This document shows positions 1-10,741 of a stretch of DNA of 64,000 bases, piece by piece. Each line of letters starts with the position of its first letter. Position 1 is the stretch's first letter. Under the pieces are notes generated by a model. It did not search any database and was not told the DNA's origin. It saw only the letters and a list, made by a program, of their open reading frames with translations. The stretch covers positions 1-64,000 of the IMG/VR virus record IMGVR_UViG_3300024999_000067; one strand, 5' to 3'. The position numbers were made by a program, and so were the translations under genes. Source of the DNA: a virus.

Positions 1-69
1 TTAATCATATCATTAACGGCAAACAGTTAAATGGAAAGACGAACTGGTTGCCGTTAATGATATGATTAA
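1..69. repeat. Perfect 22-bp inverted repeat (long hairpin/cruciform)
   Basis: ttaatcatatcattaacggcaa (1-22) is the exact reverse complement of 48-69; inner cagtt/aactg extends the stem. Confidence 0.9.
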
Positions 70-197
70 TCGGTTGTACTTTCATTATGATCAAAATAAT
101 GTAAAATGATTAGCTGACGGCTTAGAGGGAACTAGCGATGGTTCCCTCTGACATGTTACGTTGGTCAACATTACTTCAACTCTATAAGGAGAATATT

Positions 198-3014
198 ATG
201 GAAACAAGATTACTGTGTTCTAGCGGTTGTGTTAATGATGGTGATGTACTGCCTCTTGGTGCTACGGCATGTGAGGTATGTCCTGTATGTGGTCATCTGG
301 TAACAGAGTTTGATGAACTGCAATGCTTCAAGGGAAGACCACAACTGGGAATGGCCCACATGCATCAGAACAAAGGTAAACTATACAAGGAGATTGGTAC
401 CAATTGTGTGTACATGCTGGCGCAGGTTGGTTACAAGAAGTACAACATGATCAATGTTGATACTGGTAACAGGATGCATGGTGATCCTTCTAGTTTTGCT
501 CATGAAGTATTATGTGGGTTTGAGAAGCTGGAAGGGTGGAAACTGGAACTTCATCAGGAAGTGGAAGACTTATGAAGAAAGGATACACTGGAAAGAAGGC
601 CTGTCCTGATGGTGAAATATACACCTTCAAGAACGGGATAGCGGTTGTACCTGGGTTCAGGTTGTTTCATGAACCCGTTCTTATTACATTGGCTCAATTC
701 AAGGAGATGGCAAATGGAAATAAAAGAAGTGGATCATCAGAAATTACACAAACATCAGGGAACGATTTGGGAAAGTGAAAAACTTGGAAGATACGTTCTT
801 TGTCAAGTGGGACCCGCAGAATATGTAATGATTAGCATTCACTCGTGGAATCGGTTACGTTCTGCTTCTAAGTCATGGAGAGAAGTTACAGCAGGGTTGA
901 CGTTGGTAGCTGGTAGAGCAGTTTACAGAAAAGGAGGAAAGTAATGGTACCGTTAAGAGCACATGCAACGGCAAAGTTTCTTCCTGCGACAGATAAGCAG
1001 GGACCACGGTTCGTGGTACAGGTAGGAGCATACCGTAAGAAGGTAATGGGAGAAGATTTAGTACCTGAGATGGATAGGTATGCTGAACTGGCACAAGCGT
1101 TAGTGGAATTGAGGATGCAGGAATTGGGAGTGCTGTGGAAGATTAAGTCTGCTTCTATTCTGCATAACGGCGTCTATGTATTCATAATGGAGTAATGGTA
1201 TGCTGAACCAATTGAAGGACATAATGGCAAACAGTCTGTATGGTATGTCAGTAAAAGAAGCATTGGATAAACTGATCTGTATTGACTGCAAGAAACCGAT
1301 CACAGAAGATAGCTTCTATTCAGTAGCTGGTAGAAACGAGTATTTTATTACTGGTATGTGTGAATACTGTTATGATAAAATCTTTGAAAAGGAGGAATAA
1401 TTATGGATGATTGGAAACTATATTGCCCTAAATGTGATATGATTATGACTCTGTTTGGGATAGGAGAAATCGGAGATGATTACCTCTATGGTAAATGGAT
1501 CTGTCCTATGTGTGGTCTGGTACTGGATATTCATGAAGATGTAGAAACAGAGCAGAACAAAACAGAGTAGTACAAGCAAGAATAGCGGAGATTGTATCGG
1601 GAGTCAACGATTGTTTGCAGGGTATAGTGTTCTATCCTGTAAGCGTAAACAGTAAAATTTAAACATCGGAGATCACAATGACTTCAACTAAAGTGGACTT
1701 TTCAGCAAGGGAAGTGGTAGGAGCGTTAAGACGGGCCTTCCCACAGATACAGGGTATCAAGATGGAAGATGAAGATAAGGTATTCCTTGGTAATGCAGCA
1801 GAAGGCGGAGAGATTAATGGTCTTCCTGCCTGTGACTATTACAACGAGGATTATGAAGAGACAGTATATGTAATGGGAGTTCATCGGAAACTGCATACTT
1901 TACTTGATACACTGGGATGGTTTGTTGAGCCGCATGATCCTGGTACCTATTATGCTTACAGGGGGTAATGGTTATGAAAGAAGCTATTGTTTGGGTAAAC
2001 AACCGACAAGTTTCCATAGTTACTACCCGAGAAGAACTGATAAAAGAGATAAATCATTACCAGGCATTCTGGTTGTCTTCCATAGGCAATGAATACTCTA
2101 GTAAGATAACCAAGAGTAAGATTATTGTGAATGGATTGACAGAAGAAGATAGAAAATGGTTATCCGCTCGTATGCGGTAAGGGGAATAGATATGAAACTA
2201 TTTTGCCAATGCAACAGTACGTGGATTGTCACTCCTGGCTATGAATCAAGACAAATCAATGGTACTGGAACCATTGAAAGGAAAACATTTGGAATGTGTC
2301 CTGAATGTGGTTATTATTTTTGGATAGAAGCCGATTATGAAAACATGATGCATGATTTACGGGAGATGAACTCATGATTGTATGGGTAAACAAAAACTTG
2401 ACAGAATTCTCTACTCCATGGTCGATCAAGAGTAGCCGGGTACTATTGATACACAATAGTACCGGTAAGCATGGAAAGTGTTTCAAGAACGTGTATCTTG
2501 GGTATTCAAGGGATGGGCGGATCCATCGTATCAGTATCCGTCCTCATCTCAATAGGAAACCTGTAGTGGAGAAAGTAGTTGGAATATGGGTTGCTGACAG
2601 TGATTATTCCGTGATGGGGAATGAAGTGTTTTCTGGCAAAACTAAACGGAACCAATCTATAGATGGTAGATTTGGTATCTATGAGACTGGTACAGTTATT
2701 GAGTGTCAAGATATTCAATGGGAACTGAAGGAGGATCGGGGATGGGTAATATCAAGGAGACAGTAGAGTTATCGGAAAAGTATACAAAACTGGATCCAGA
2801 TAAAGTATTCCTGTTCTGGGGAGCCACCTGTAACTGTGATATTGATCAGGAAACGGATCAGACACTAGAACAGTTTATGGAAAATGGCCCTCCTACTTGT
2901 CCCTTATGCAAGAAAGAGTTTTGGTTTGGTTCCTGTGTTACCGAGAAATCGGAGACTGAAAAATCGACCACGGAAGACAAAATAATTGTTGACGTAAGTA
3001 AACGGATAGACTAG
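198..3014 (+). other. Cluster of about 12 small tightly packed early hypothetical genes (e.g. 198-575, 572-778, 714-944, 944-1195, 1200-1400, 1678-1968, 2374-2766, 2742-3014)
   Basis: Consecutive short + strand ORFs with GGAG-type RBS and overlapping start/stop codons; several CxxC zinc motifs; no family recognised. Confidence 0.7.
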
Positions 3015-3017
3015 AAT
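2989..3017 (+). promoter_or_regulatory. Sigma70-like promoter
   Basis: TTGACG-17 nt-TAGAAT upstream of the 3066/3093 gene. Confidence 0.7.
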
Positions 3018-3092
3018 ATAGACATAGAGACAGTTGCGTCCATAAGGCATAGCTATGTCTGGTCAATGGTGACTAAAACAAAACGAGGTGAT

Positions 3093-3758
3093 ATGATGGC
3101 TAAGACGAAACAAATGTGGATAGACGAGGTTAAGGCGTTCGGTCAGGAAGCACTCGGTGATGTTACTGAAGCTGATCTGAATGGTATGCAGATTGGGCAA
3201 CTTAAAGCCCTGAAAAAAGAACTTGAGAAAGAGACTGGTAAGGTGGAAGAACCTGCTGCCAGTAAGCAGGAAGAGAAGACGGAAGAACTTCCTAAGAGCC
3301 AGTTCATTTCAATGTGTGGAAGTGAATACGATCCCAAGAAGTCGGGATCATGTGCCAAGCAGTGCAGTAAAGATTTCCCGGAAGCATTCAAGGCTTGCTC
3401 CGAGAATTTCGCGGCTAAAGCTTCAGTCGGTACAACTACTAAAACGAAAAAGACGAAAGCACCTACTACCGGTGGGAAGACAGTATGGAATCATGTTGCT
3501 TCAAGTCAAGCTGGCTTGATTGACGAGTGCATCATCGGTGGCAAGCAGATGACTCTAGCGGAGATTGCTGAGTTTGCAAAGGCGAAGGAAGCACGGACTT
3601 TGAATCATCTTCAGCATCTGGTTGCTGACTGGCAGATCACGATCTTGACTGACAAGCGGAAAGTTGGTGAGGAAGAGAAAACGTACTACTTCTGGAAAGA
3701 CAAATGTCCGGCAGCAGTTGGGGAACCGTTGGCAGGCAGGTCTGCGTATAAATCTTAA
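3093..3758 (+). CDS. Putative DNA-binding protein (Lys-rich linker plus C-terminal winged-helix-like domain), paralog of 18713-19327
   Basis: GAGGTG RBS; C-terminal WNHVASSQAGLIDECI...TLAEIAE...RTLNHLQHL aligns with the 18.7-kb protein. Confidence 0.55.
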   Translation: MMAKTKQMWIDEVKAFGQEALGDVTEADLNGMQIGQLKALKKELEKETGKVEEPAASKQEEKTEELPKSQFISMCGSEYDPKKSGSCAKQCSKDFPEAFKACSENFAAKASVGTTTKTKKTKAPTTGGKTVWNHVASSQAGLIDECIIGGKQMTLAEIAEFAKAKEARTLNHLQHLVADWQITILTDKRKVGEEEKTYYFWKDKCPAAVGEPLAGRSAYKS

Positions 3759-3861
3759 TTCAAGTATCTTTTTGGGAGAGAAGAGTGCTTGAATGGAGTA
3801 CGGAAATATTATAACTTACTGAATGGAGGTAGAGCTATGACGAGCCGCTAAGAACGGCAAC

Positions 3862-3891
3862 CATAAACAGAATCTTCGGATTCTGTTTATG
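3862..3891 (+). terminator. 13-bp hairpin with C(UUCG)G tetraloop
   Basis: cataaacagaatc-ttcg-gattctgtttatg, intergenic; U-tract is weak, so it may be a stabilising or processing hairpin. Confidence 0.55.
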
Positions 3892-4135
3892 TACTGGTAA
3901 TGAATAAAAGGATTTGTTATCGGTATATAAACAGAAACCTTTGGAGGCAGCATGAATGAGTACGAATTCAAGATCAGGTATTTCGGTGTAAGTGGATTTT
4001 TAGAAGAGGAAACTTTCACTATCAAAGCGGAAAATGGAGACATAGCAAGAGATAAAGTTGATAATTATGCGGAAGTAGAATCGGATTTCAACGATTTTGA
4101 TAGATGGGAAATTGATCTTATCAAGGAGAACAATA

Positions 4136-4858
4136 ATGGAACAGAATGAGAAAATTGTAGATCGGATCAAGAAGCTGTTTGCCCTTGGACTGAAAGCCCC
4201 TGATACACCGGAAGCACAGTCATCCATGTCCAAAGCGAAGGAACTTATGGACAAGTACAATATTGCCACTATCGACATGGAAGATGATGGCACCATCAAA
4301 GACAGCAACGTTATCCGGGCTGACCTTGATTTCATGGATCAGTCCAACACATGGGAAGGTGTTCTTTGTGTCCACATCTGCAAAGCATTTCAATGTGAAG
4401 TCATCCGCAGCATAGACTACCTTACCAAGAATAAGAAACTGGTAATGTTTGGTGCTAAAACCGACATAGATTTTGCCAGTTTCCTGCTTAAATTCACCAG
4501 ACTACAAATCCAGAAACTTCTGGAGAAGTCAGGATATATTACCGTTGCCGACAAGAAAACCTATTGTCTTGGTTGTGTCAATACAGTTGGCAATCTGATC
4601 AAAGATGCATTTGTCGATCCGCCTAAACCGGAGAACGTAACCAGAACAGAAGCGGAAGAGAAAACGCAACATGCTTTGATAGTGGTTAAATCTGATGCGG
4701 TGGTTAAAAAGTTTGAGGAAGCATTTCCCGAGCGTAGAAAGGGACGGAAGATAAAGGCAAATGGTTCAAGGGATGCTTACATGAACGGTATTGCTGATGG
4801 TAACAAGGTGAAGATCAATCGTCAGTTGGGTGGTGGATCCCACAGTAAACTGAAATAG
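4136..4858 (+). CDS. DUF2786-domain protein
   Basis: N-terminal KIVDRIKKLFAL...PEAQSSMSKAKELMDKYNI and C-terminal AYMNGIADG, typical of the family. Confidence 0.75.
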   Translation: MEQNEKIVDRIKKLFALGLKAPDTPEAQSSMSKAKELMDKYNIATIDMEDDGTIKDSNVIRADLDFMDQSNTWEGVLCVHICKAFQCEVIRSIDYLTKNKKLVMFGAKTDIDFASFLLKFTRLQIQKLLEKSGYITVADKKTYCLGCVNTVGNLIKDAFVDPPKPENVTRTEAEEKTQHALIVVKSDAVVKKFEEAFPERRKGRKIKANGSRDAYMNGIADGNKVKINRQLGGGSHSKLK

Positions 4859-4918
4859 GAGGTTAGTATGCGGAAAGTTCTCCCTTACAAAACTTATGGA
4901 AATTAAGGAGATTGCCCT

Positions 4919-5791
4919 ATGAACGGACAAGAGAAGATCATGGAAGAAGAGAAATTGGAAGCTATCCGGGAAGAGATTCATGCACGTTTTCCAGATGTAG
5001 CATGGCCGGAACCTGTGCTGGAACCAATCTACCATGGCAGAATCAAGAAAACCGAGATTAAGAATCGGAAAGCTATAATGGATGTAAATACAGGTATCGT
5101 ATGGGATATCGTGTCAAATGTATATGGCTTGATTCCCCATGAGAAAGCCCTGTATGATGTACTGGCCGGTATCCCTGAAGAGATGGGAAAACCTGAAATT
5201 GATCTGAGCATCTGGAATTATGGTTCTCGTTTCAGAGCAGATATCAAGTTTCCTGAAGTCGGAAAAGATGTGGAGATCAAGGTCGGGGACAAGGTACGAC
5301 CAAGATTTACAATTCAATCTTCCTATGACCGTTTCCTGTTGCATGATCTGGAATACGGTGCAGAACAGTTAAAGTGCACTAACGGATTGATGATTTTCAA
5401 TGGTAAGAAATCTTCACGGAAACATATAACCACGGCACACATTACCCCTGAAGTGTTGGCAAAACTTGCAGAAAATTTCCTGATCGAATATAGTGAAGCT
5501 ACAGAGCAATGGCGCAAGTGGGCTAACAGGCAGTTGACCCAAGTGGAACTGGATGATGTGTTTGAGGCACTGCCTTTCTCTCAGCCGGAAAAAGAGAAGA
5601 TAATGGCACTTCCCCTGATGAATAGTGACAATCAGTTCTTGCAGCAGATGGAGAATCGTACACTGTGGGATGTGAACAGCGCCGCTACCCAGTTCACGAA
5701 ACACGAAATTCGTGGTGATCAGAGGCGTAATGACCTGGAAAGGGACATTGCAATCGCTATGAGTAAAGTCGGGAAGGACTTGATAAAATGA
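4919..5791 (+). CDS. DUF932/DUF945-like phage protein
   Basis: IVSNVYGLIPH, SSYD, LKCTNGLM and TLWDVNSAAT motifs. Confidence 0.7.
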   Translation: MNGQEKIMEEEKLEAIREEIHARFPDVAWPEPVLEPIYHGRIKKTEIKNRKAIMDVNTGIVWDIVSNVYGLIPHEKALYDVLAGIPEEMGKPEIDLSIWNYGSRFRADIKFPEVGKDVEIKVGDKVRPRFTIQSSYDRFLLHDLEYGAEQLKCTNGLMIFNGKKSSRKHITTAHITPEVLAKLAENFLIEYSEATEQWRKWANRQLTQVELDDVFEALPFSQPEKEKIMALPLMNSDNQFLQQMENRTLWDVNSAATQFTKHEIRGDQRRNDLERDIAIAMSKVGKDLIK

Positions 5792-6719
5792 TTTATGAAA
5801 TCTTTTTGTCGGCAGGACAGGAGGATGGTTTTATCGTGCGTGGTGCTAAGTCTATGGACGAAGCTGTCACAAGGACAATTCACCATGCAAGACAGAAACA
5901 CCCCGATCTATTTGACGCTAATGGGATGGTAAAAGAGTATGGATTCCCATTAGTATATGAAATTCCACGATGGCAATAGGAGGAATTATGCCAACAAATA
6001 TAAATGTGGTATCAGGCAAAGGACCGACAAGGGTTGGTGAATTGAAGTATGGTTCTTATCTGATATACAATAGCTCTTTCTACATTAAACTGGATAAACA
6101 TAAATTGGGAGAACATATTACACTTCTGATTAAGAAAGGGGAATCCGCTCTGGTAAATCTGAAACTCGGGACAATACGTTCAATCCCTGGAAACACAATG
6201 GTTACACCGCTTCAAGCAAATATTGATGTTTATGAATTGGATAAAGTGGAATTGCAGGAGTACCTGAAATGACAGAAAAAGTGGGAGTATGGATACCAGT
6301 AGATCAGAACGGTACTTCATTCAAACAGATATTTGAAACTGATGGTATGACGTATGCTGATTTAGTGGAGAAGGTATATCGTGGAATTGACTTGTATCTT
6401 GTCCATAGTGTGGATAACAGTTTCAATTATATTTTTCCTATGGCTTTTGCAGAGAATAGATTGATTCCACTTTCTGCTATCATGGCAAACAATTACAGTA
6501 TCATGCCTACAGGAAAGAAGTTGGGGGAACTGGAATGCAGTTCCATTACACCTAATTACTGGACATGTGACTGTAAGAAAAACTTTGTATGGCACAAGAT
6601 TGTGCAGAAATGCCACAGGTGCAATCAAACAGTTGGTAATGCTCGTAACAGGCTACCAGATTTAAACAATCTCATCAAATGGGACTATTTGGTTCCGTAA
6701 ACAGCACAATCCTAATTAA

Positions 6720-7064
6720 ATGGAGAACAAAATGGGTATTGATAATTTGACAATCGGTGAAATTAAACAATTAGCTTGTATGTTTGGATCTAAACAGTGT
6801 GATAATTCAGCATGGGAACTGGATGAAGTTTACCTGATCAGAACAGTTACTATGATTGATACTGGTAAAGTGGTTAAAGTTACTGATCAAGAGATTGTAT
6901 TGGAAGATGCTGCGTGGATAGCAGATACTGGAAGATTTTCGGATGCTATTAAAAAATGTGAATTTAATGAAGTAGAACCGTTTCCAGATGGCAAAGTTAT
7001 TATTGGTCGTGGGGCTATTATCGACGCGGTAAAGATTAAAAAATCTCCCAGGAGCCAAAAATGA
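6720..7064 (+). CDS. Conserved phage protein that typically precedes low-complexity repeat peptides
   Basis: LTIGEIKQL...YLIRTVTMIDTGKV...LEDAAWIADTGRF; stop overlaps next start (ATGA). Confidence 0.65.
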   Translation: MENKMGIDNLTIGEIKQLACMFGSKQCDNSAWELDEVYLIRTVTMIDTGKVVKVTDQEIVLEDAAWIADTGRFSDAIKKCEFNEVEPFPDGKVIIGRGAIIDAVKIKKSPRSQK

Positions 7065-7294
7065 ATACAGCAGTTTTACGAACTGGTTTTGACTGGTCAA
7101 GGTCAGGGCCAAGGTCAGGGTCAAGGTCAAGGTCAAGGTCAAGGTCAGGGTCAGGGTCAAGGTCAAGGTCAAGGTCATGGTCAAGGTCAAGGTCAAGGTC
7201 AGGGTCATGGTCAAGGTCAAGGTCAGGGTCAAGGTCAGGGTCAGGGTCATGGTCAAGGTCATGGTCAAGGTCAAGGTCAGGGTCATGGTCATGA
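7061..7294 (+). CDS. Ser-(Arg/Gly/Trp) dipeptide-repeat peptide
   Basis: ATGA-coupled to upstream gene; about 33 NGG-TCA units ending at TGA. Confidence 0.6.
   Translation: MNTAVLRTGFDWSRSGPRSGSRSRSRSRSGSGSRSRSRSWSRSRSRSGSWSRSRSGSRSGSGSWSRSWSRSRSGSWS
7094..7291 (+). repeat. Hexamer tandem repeat (A/G/T)GGTCA, about 33 copies
   Basis: Directly visible in the sequence. Confidence 0.95.
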
Positions 7295-7687
7295 AAATGC
7301 AATAGTTGGAACCTATCGGGATTTTGTTTTCCTGTCAGTCAATAGTCAGGTAAGCATGATAGGCAGAAAACAAAATCCCGATGCAATCTCCGCGAGAATC
7401 CAATATGAGCAGATTACAGAAGAAAGTTATTCCCTCAGAAGATGAACGAGTGAAGTTATTGGTTAAACGCCATTCAAGAGTATATTACAAAAGACTTGGT
7501 AAGTACCGATACGTTGTAGTTTTCCCTATGCTACCTGGTATCCCACCGTATAAACAGGGACTTTTTATTAATGCAGAAAATAATGGAATTTTTAATAGAG
7601 TTATTGAATCAGAAGTAAATGGAACATTACTGGAATATGAAGACATTCCAGAACTGATTCTCAATCTCATAAAGAGAGAGTTATACC

Positions 7688-9172
7688 ATGGCGGATATTT
7701 GTAAACTACACACATACGATCCTATTTTCACTTGGTGCAATCGAAAGGCGGCAGACACTTTACGGAACCTGCTTTCATACGAGTACGAGGTATGGGAAAA
7801 GAAACAATTCGGGAAGAAGAAGAAAATATATAAACGGTACCTGATTGAAGGACGGAATTATGGTGACTACTTTTTCCTTTCGGGATTGGTTGACCGATGC
7901 ATTGACTACCTCCATAAAAACGACATAGAGTATGAATACGTATCAGACATACCCGAACTGAGATTCAGTAGTCCCCACCTAGAAACAATCCAATTCCGTG
8001 AATATCAACTGAACCTGATTAATGTTGCTATTGAACGGGGATACGGTGTTATCATTTCGCCCACAGGTAGTGGCAAAAGTATCATCCTCTATGGGGTTAT
8101 ATCTTGTTTCCCTAAAGAGAATGTTCTGATACTGGTTCACTCCCTTGATCTTGTGAAACAGTTACATGATGGATTAAAAGAATGTGGATTTGATGGTACT
8201 GGTATATATTCCAGAGGAAAGCCAATGTGCAGGATAACGGTTTCTACAGTACAGAGTTATTCTAAAGTTGCTAAAGACTGGAAAAATCATTGGGATGTGG
8301 TAATAGTTGATGAAGGGCATCATGTTGGTAATCCAAATAGAGGATGGTACTACGATGCTCTGACTTATACGAAATGTCCTTGGCGGTTCGCATTCACTGC
8401 TACCTTATCTGATAGAGTGGAAGCAAGATTTGCTTTAGAAGGATTGATCGGTCCTGTAATTGGTGAGTTGACAATGGCAGAAGGGCAAGACCTTGGATTC
8501 CTTGCTACTCCTGAGATTATATTTCGGATAGTTCCTGTACCAGAAACAGTTCGGAACATTCGTAAGGATACTTCTTACAGTAAGATTTATACTAATGGTA
8601 TAGTGGATAACTGGACAAGAAATGCTAAGATTGTCTTTGAAGCTGAACGGGAAGTGAAAAATGGTGGTACAGTTTTGATCCTTGTCAGCAGGATCGCCCA
8701 CATACATGCTATTATTGAATTTATGGACATGCCCGTTGAGATTGTTCAAGGATCAGTGTCTAAGGAACAGCGGTCAATCATAAAGGAAGAATTAAAGAAC
8801 GGTGATATTGGTTGTGTCATTGCTACCATTGCTTGGGTAGAGGGTGTGGATATTCCGTCACTGTCTATGGTCATCAATGCTGCTGGTGGCATCTCTGAAA
8901 GAGAAACCTTACAGAAAATTGGTAGAGGGTTGCGGAAAACAGAGAATAAGAATACAGTAAAGATTATTGAGTTTATGGATATTGCTAATATTCCCAGAAA
9001 CATATTGAAACCAGCACAAGGAGCCCACATTCTTCATAGACAAAGTGTTATAAGATGGGAGATTTATGAGGGACAAGGTTGGAAACCAATTCTGGAACAA
9101 GATGATAGTCATTACATAAAGGAACCTTTACGGAAAAAGCTTTATGCTAAAGAAAACCAAGACAGACTATAG
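7688..9172 (+). CDS. Superfamily II DNA helicase (UvsW-like)
   Basis: FREYQ, PTGSGKS (Walker A), DEGH, TAT, EGVDIP, QKIGRGLR. Confidence 0.9.
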   Translation: MADICKLHTYDPIFTWCNRKAADTLRNLLSYEYEVWEKKQFGKKKKIYKRYLIEGRNYGDYFFLSGLVDRCIDYLHKNDIEYEYVSDIPELRFSSPHLETIQFREYQLNLINVAIERGYGVIISPTGSGKSIILYGVISCFPKENVLILVHSLDLVKQLHDGLKECGFDGTGIYSRGKPMCRITVSTVQSYSKVAKDWKNHWDVVIVDEGHHVGNPNRGWYYDALTYTKCPWRFAFTATLSDRVEARFALEGLIGPVIGELTMAEGQDLGFLATPEIIFRIVPVPETVRNIRKDTSYSKIYTNGIVDNWTRNAKIVFEAEREVKNGGTVLILVSRIAHIHAIIEFMDMPVEIVQGSVSKEQRSIIKEELKNGDIGCVIATIAWVEGVDIPSLSMVINAAGGISERETLQKIGRGLRKTENKNTVKIIEFMDIANIPRNILKPAQGAHILHRQSVIRWEIYEGQGWKPILEQDDSHYIKEPLRKKLYAKENQDRL

Positions 9173-10091
9173 CAGTTTCAACATTATCGGATTCTTGGAT
9201 GAATATGGTATATCATATAGAACGTCAGGAAAGAACATTGCAAATGGTTGGATAGGTATTGAAACTTGTCCTTTCTGTTCTGGTGGCGGGTTTCACTTTG
9301 GGGTAAAGCTTTCTTCTAATAATGGTAGTTGTTGGATATGTGGTGATGGTGGAAATGCTGTCAGTATCATAGCCAATGTTGCAGAAGTAAGTTGGAAAGA
9401 AGCTTACCAGATACTGCATAAGTTCAGTTCAGATGTTGTGGATTGGATTCCAGAATCGGATAAACCAGGGCAACAGGTTATTTTACCTGATGGTATCAGA
9501 GAAAAATTAACCAAATCGGCAAAACAGTATTTGATTGGCAGAAAATATAACCCAGACTTTCTGATTCAGCAGTACAAGATCCGTTGCACCGATCAGTATT
9601 CTACTCTATACATTGAAGACAGAGAGTGGGACTTTTCAGAACGGATATTGTGTCCTGTATATATGAATCGGCAGATGCAATGTTATGTTGCTAGAGATTA
9701 CACTGGGGAGAAAGATCCAAAGTATATGAATTCCCCTGTAGTGGCATCGATACGGGAACCCAGAAGCTGTATCTACAATTATGATACCTTGAAAGGGAAG
9801 ATTATAATTGTGGAAGGAATTACAGATGTATGGAGATTTGGTGCAAAAGTAGGTGCATTTCTTGGGATAACATTTACACCACATCAGATAAGAAGTTTGG
9901 CGGAAAAAGATATTGAAGAAGCTACGGTATTGTTTGATCGTGGTGCAGAGAAGAGGGCAAAAGAATTGGCACATGCTTTGGCTTCTGTTATCCCTGTTGT
10001 CAGAAGGGCTTTTATCGAAGAGGATGATCCTGGTGTAATGGAACAGGACGTGGCGTTAAAAGTGAAATACCAACTTATAGGGGAGGTATAA
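9144..10091 (+). CDS. DNA primase (Zn finger plus TOPRIM)
   Basis: CPFC...CWIC zinc finger; IVEGITD and LFD TOPRIM motifs. Confidence 0.85.
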   Translation: MLKKTKTDYSSFNIIGFLDEYGISYRTSGKNIANGWIGIETCPFCSGGGFHFGVKLSSNNGSCWICGDGGNAVSIIANVAEVSWKEAYQILHKFSSDVVDWIPESDKPGQQVILPDGIREKLTKSAKQYLIGRKYNPDFLIQQYKIRCTDQYSTLYIEDREWDFSERILCPVYMNRQMQCYVARDYTGEKDPKYMNSPVVASIREPRSCIYNYDTLKGKIIIVEGITDVWRFGAKVGAFLGITFTPHQIRSLAEKDIEEATVLFDRGAEKRAKELAHALASVIPVVRRAFIEEDDPGVMEQDVALKVKYQLIGEV

Positions 10092-10360
10092 TGGAAAAGT
10101 GGAAAGACTGGATTGTAACAAAGCATTTAGTGTTTCATTGGATGACAGTAGTATTAATAATTTGGGTATCGTTTGCTGCTGGTGTATTAGCCCACTATAA
10201 CTTTCCCAAAATAAAAGCACCAGACAAAATTGTTGCACAGAAGTATCGGTTCCATCATAAATGTTTAGATGGGACAGATGTAGAATATATTGCCACCGCA
10301 AAATTGAATGCAATGGTGGTTTGTAATGAACTACCAATAGAACCTACTGAGGTAGAGTAA

Positions 10361-10741
10361 ATGATTGGCGGGCTTGAAGCCATCTTATGGTTAACCCTCA
10401 ATGTTTACCATGAAGCCCGATCAGAAGATCAGTTCAATCAGATTGCGGTGGCTCATGTAACTTTGAACAGGGCTAATAAAGATGGCAGAACAATCAAGCA
10501 AACAGTTCTTAAAGACAGGCAGTTCAGTTGGACGTTTCAGAAAACCAAAGATGAGTATTGGCCAGATGATTTAAACGCTTTTCTGAAATGTCTTAAAAGT
10601 GTACGGGTTGCGGCTACTGGTTATGATTTCACCCAAGGAGCCACACACTATCATGAGAGAAAAGTAAAACCTTATTGGACTAAAGGGATGCACCAGATAG
10701 GTACATTTGGAGCACATAAATTCTATGTATCACGGAGGTAA
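10361..10741 (+). CDS. Cell wall hydrolase, SleB/Hydrolase_2 family
   Basis: NVYHEARSE, AVAHVTLNR, QFSW, GATHYH, PYW, HKFY. Confidence 0.9.
   Translation: MIGGLEAILWLTLNVYHEARSEDQFNQIAVAHVTLNRANKDGRTIKQTVLKDRQFSWTFQKTKDEYWPDDLNAFLKCLKSVRVAATGYDFTQGATHYHERKVKPYWTKGMHQIGTFGAHKFYVSRR

Noticed and set aside
3835-3862. Hammerhead-like TGACGAG-CCG...CGG-CAAC
   Set aside because: Lacks the CUGANGA and GAAA core needed for a hammerhead ribozyme
7094-7291. Hexamer array as a CRISPR array or DGR-mutagenised region
   Set aside because: No spacers; the adenine in TCA is invariant, which does not fit adenine-specific mutagenesis
6807-7445. (GQ)n, (TL)n and (DL/DP)n ORFs over the hexamer repeat
   Set aside because: Alternative-frame or antisense readings of the same repeat; only the Ser-X frame has a coupled ATG and a stop at the repeat end
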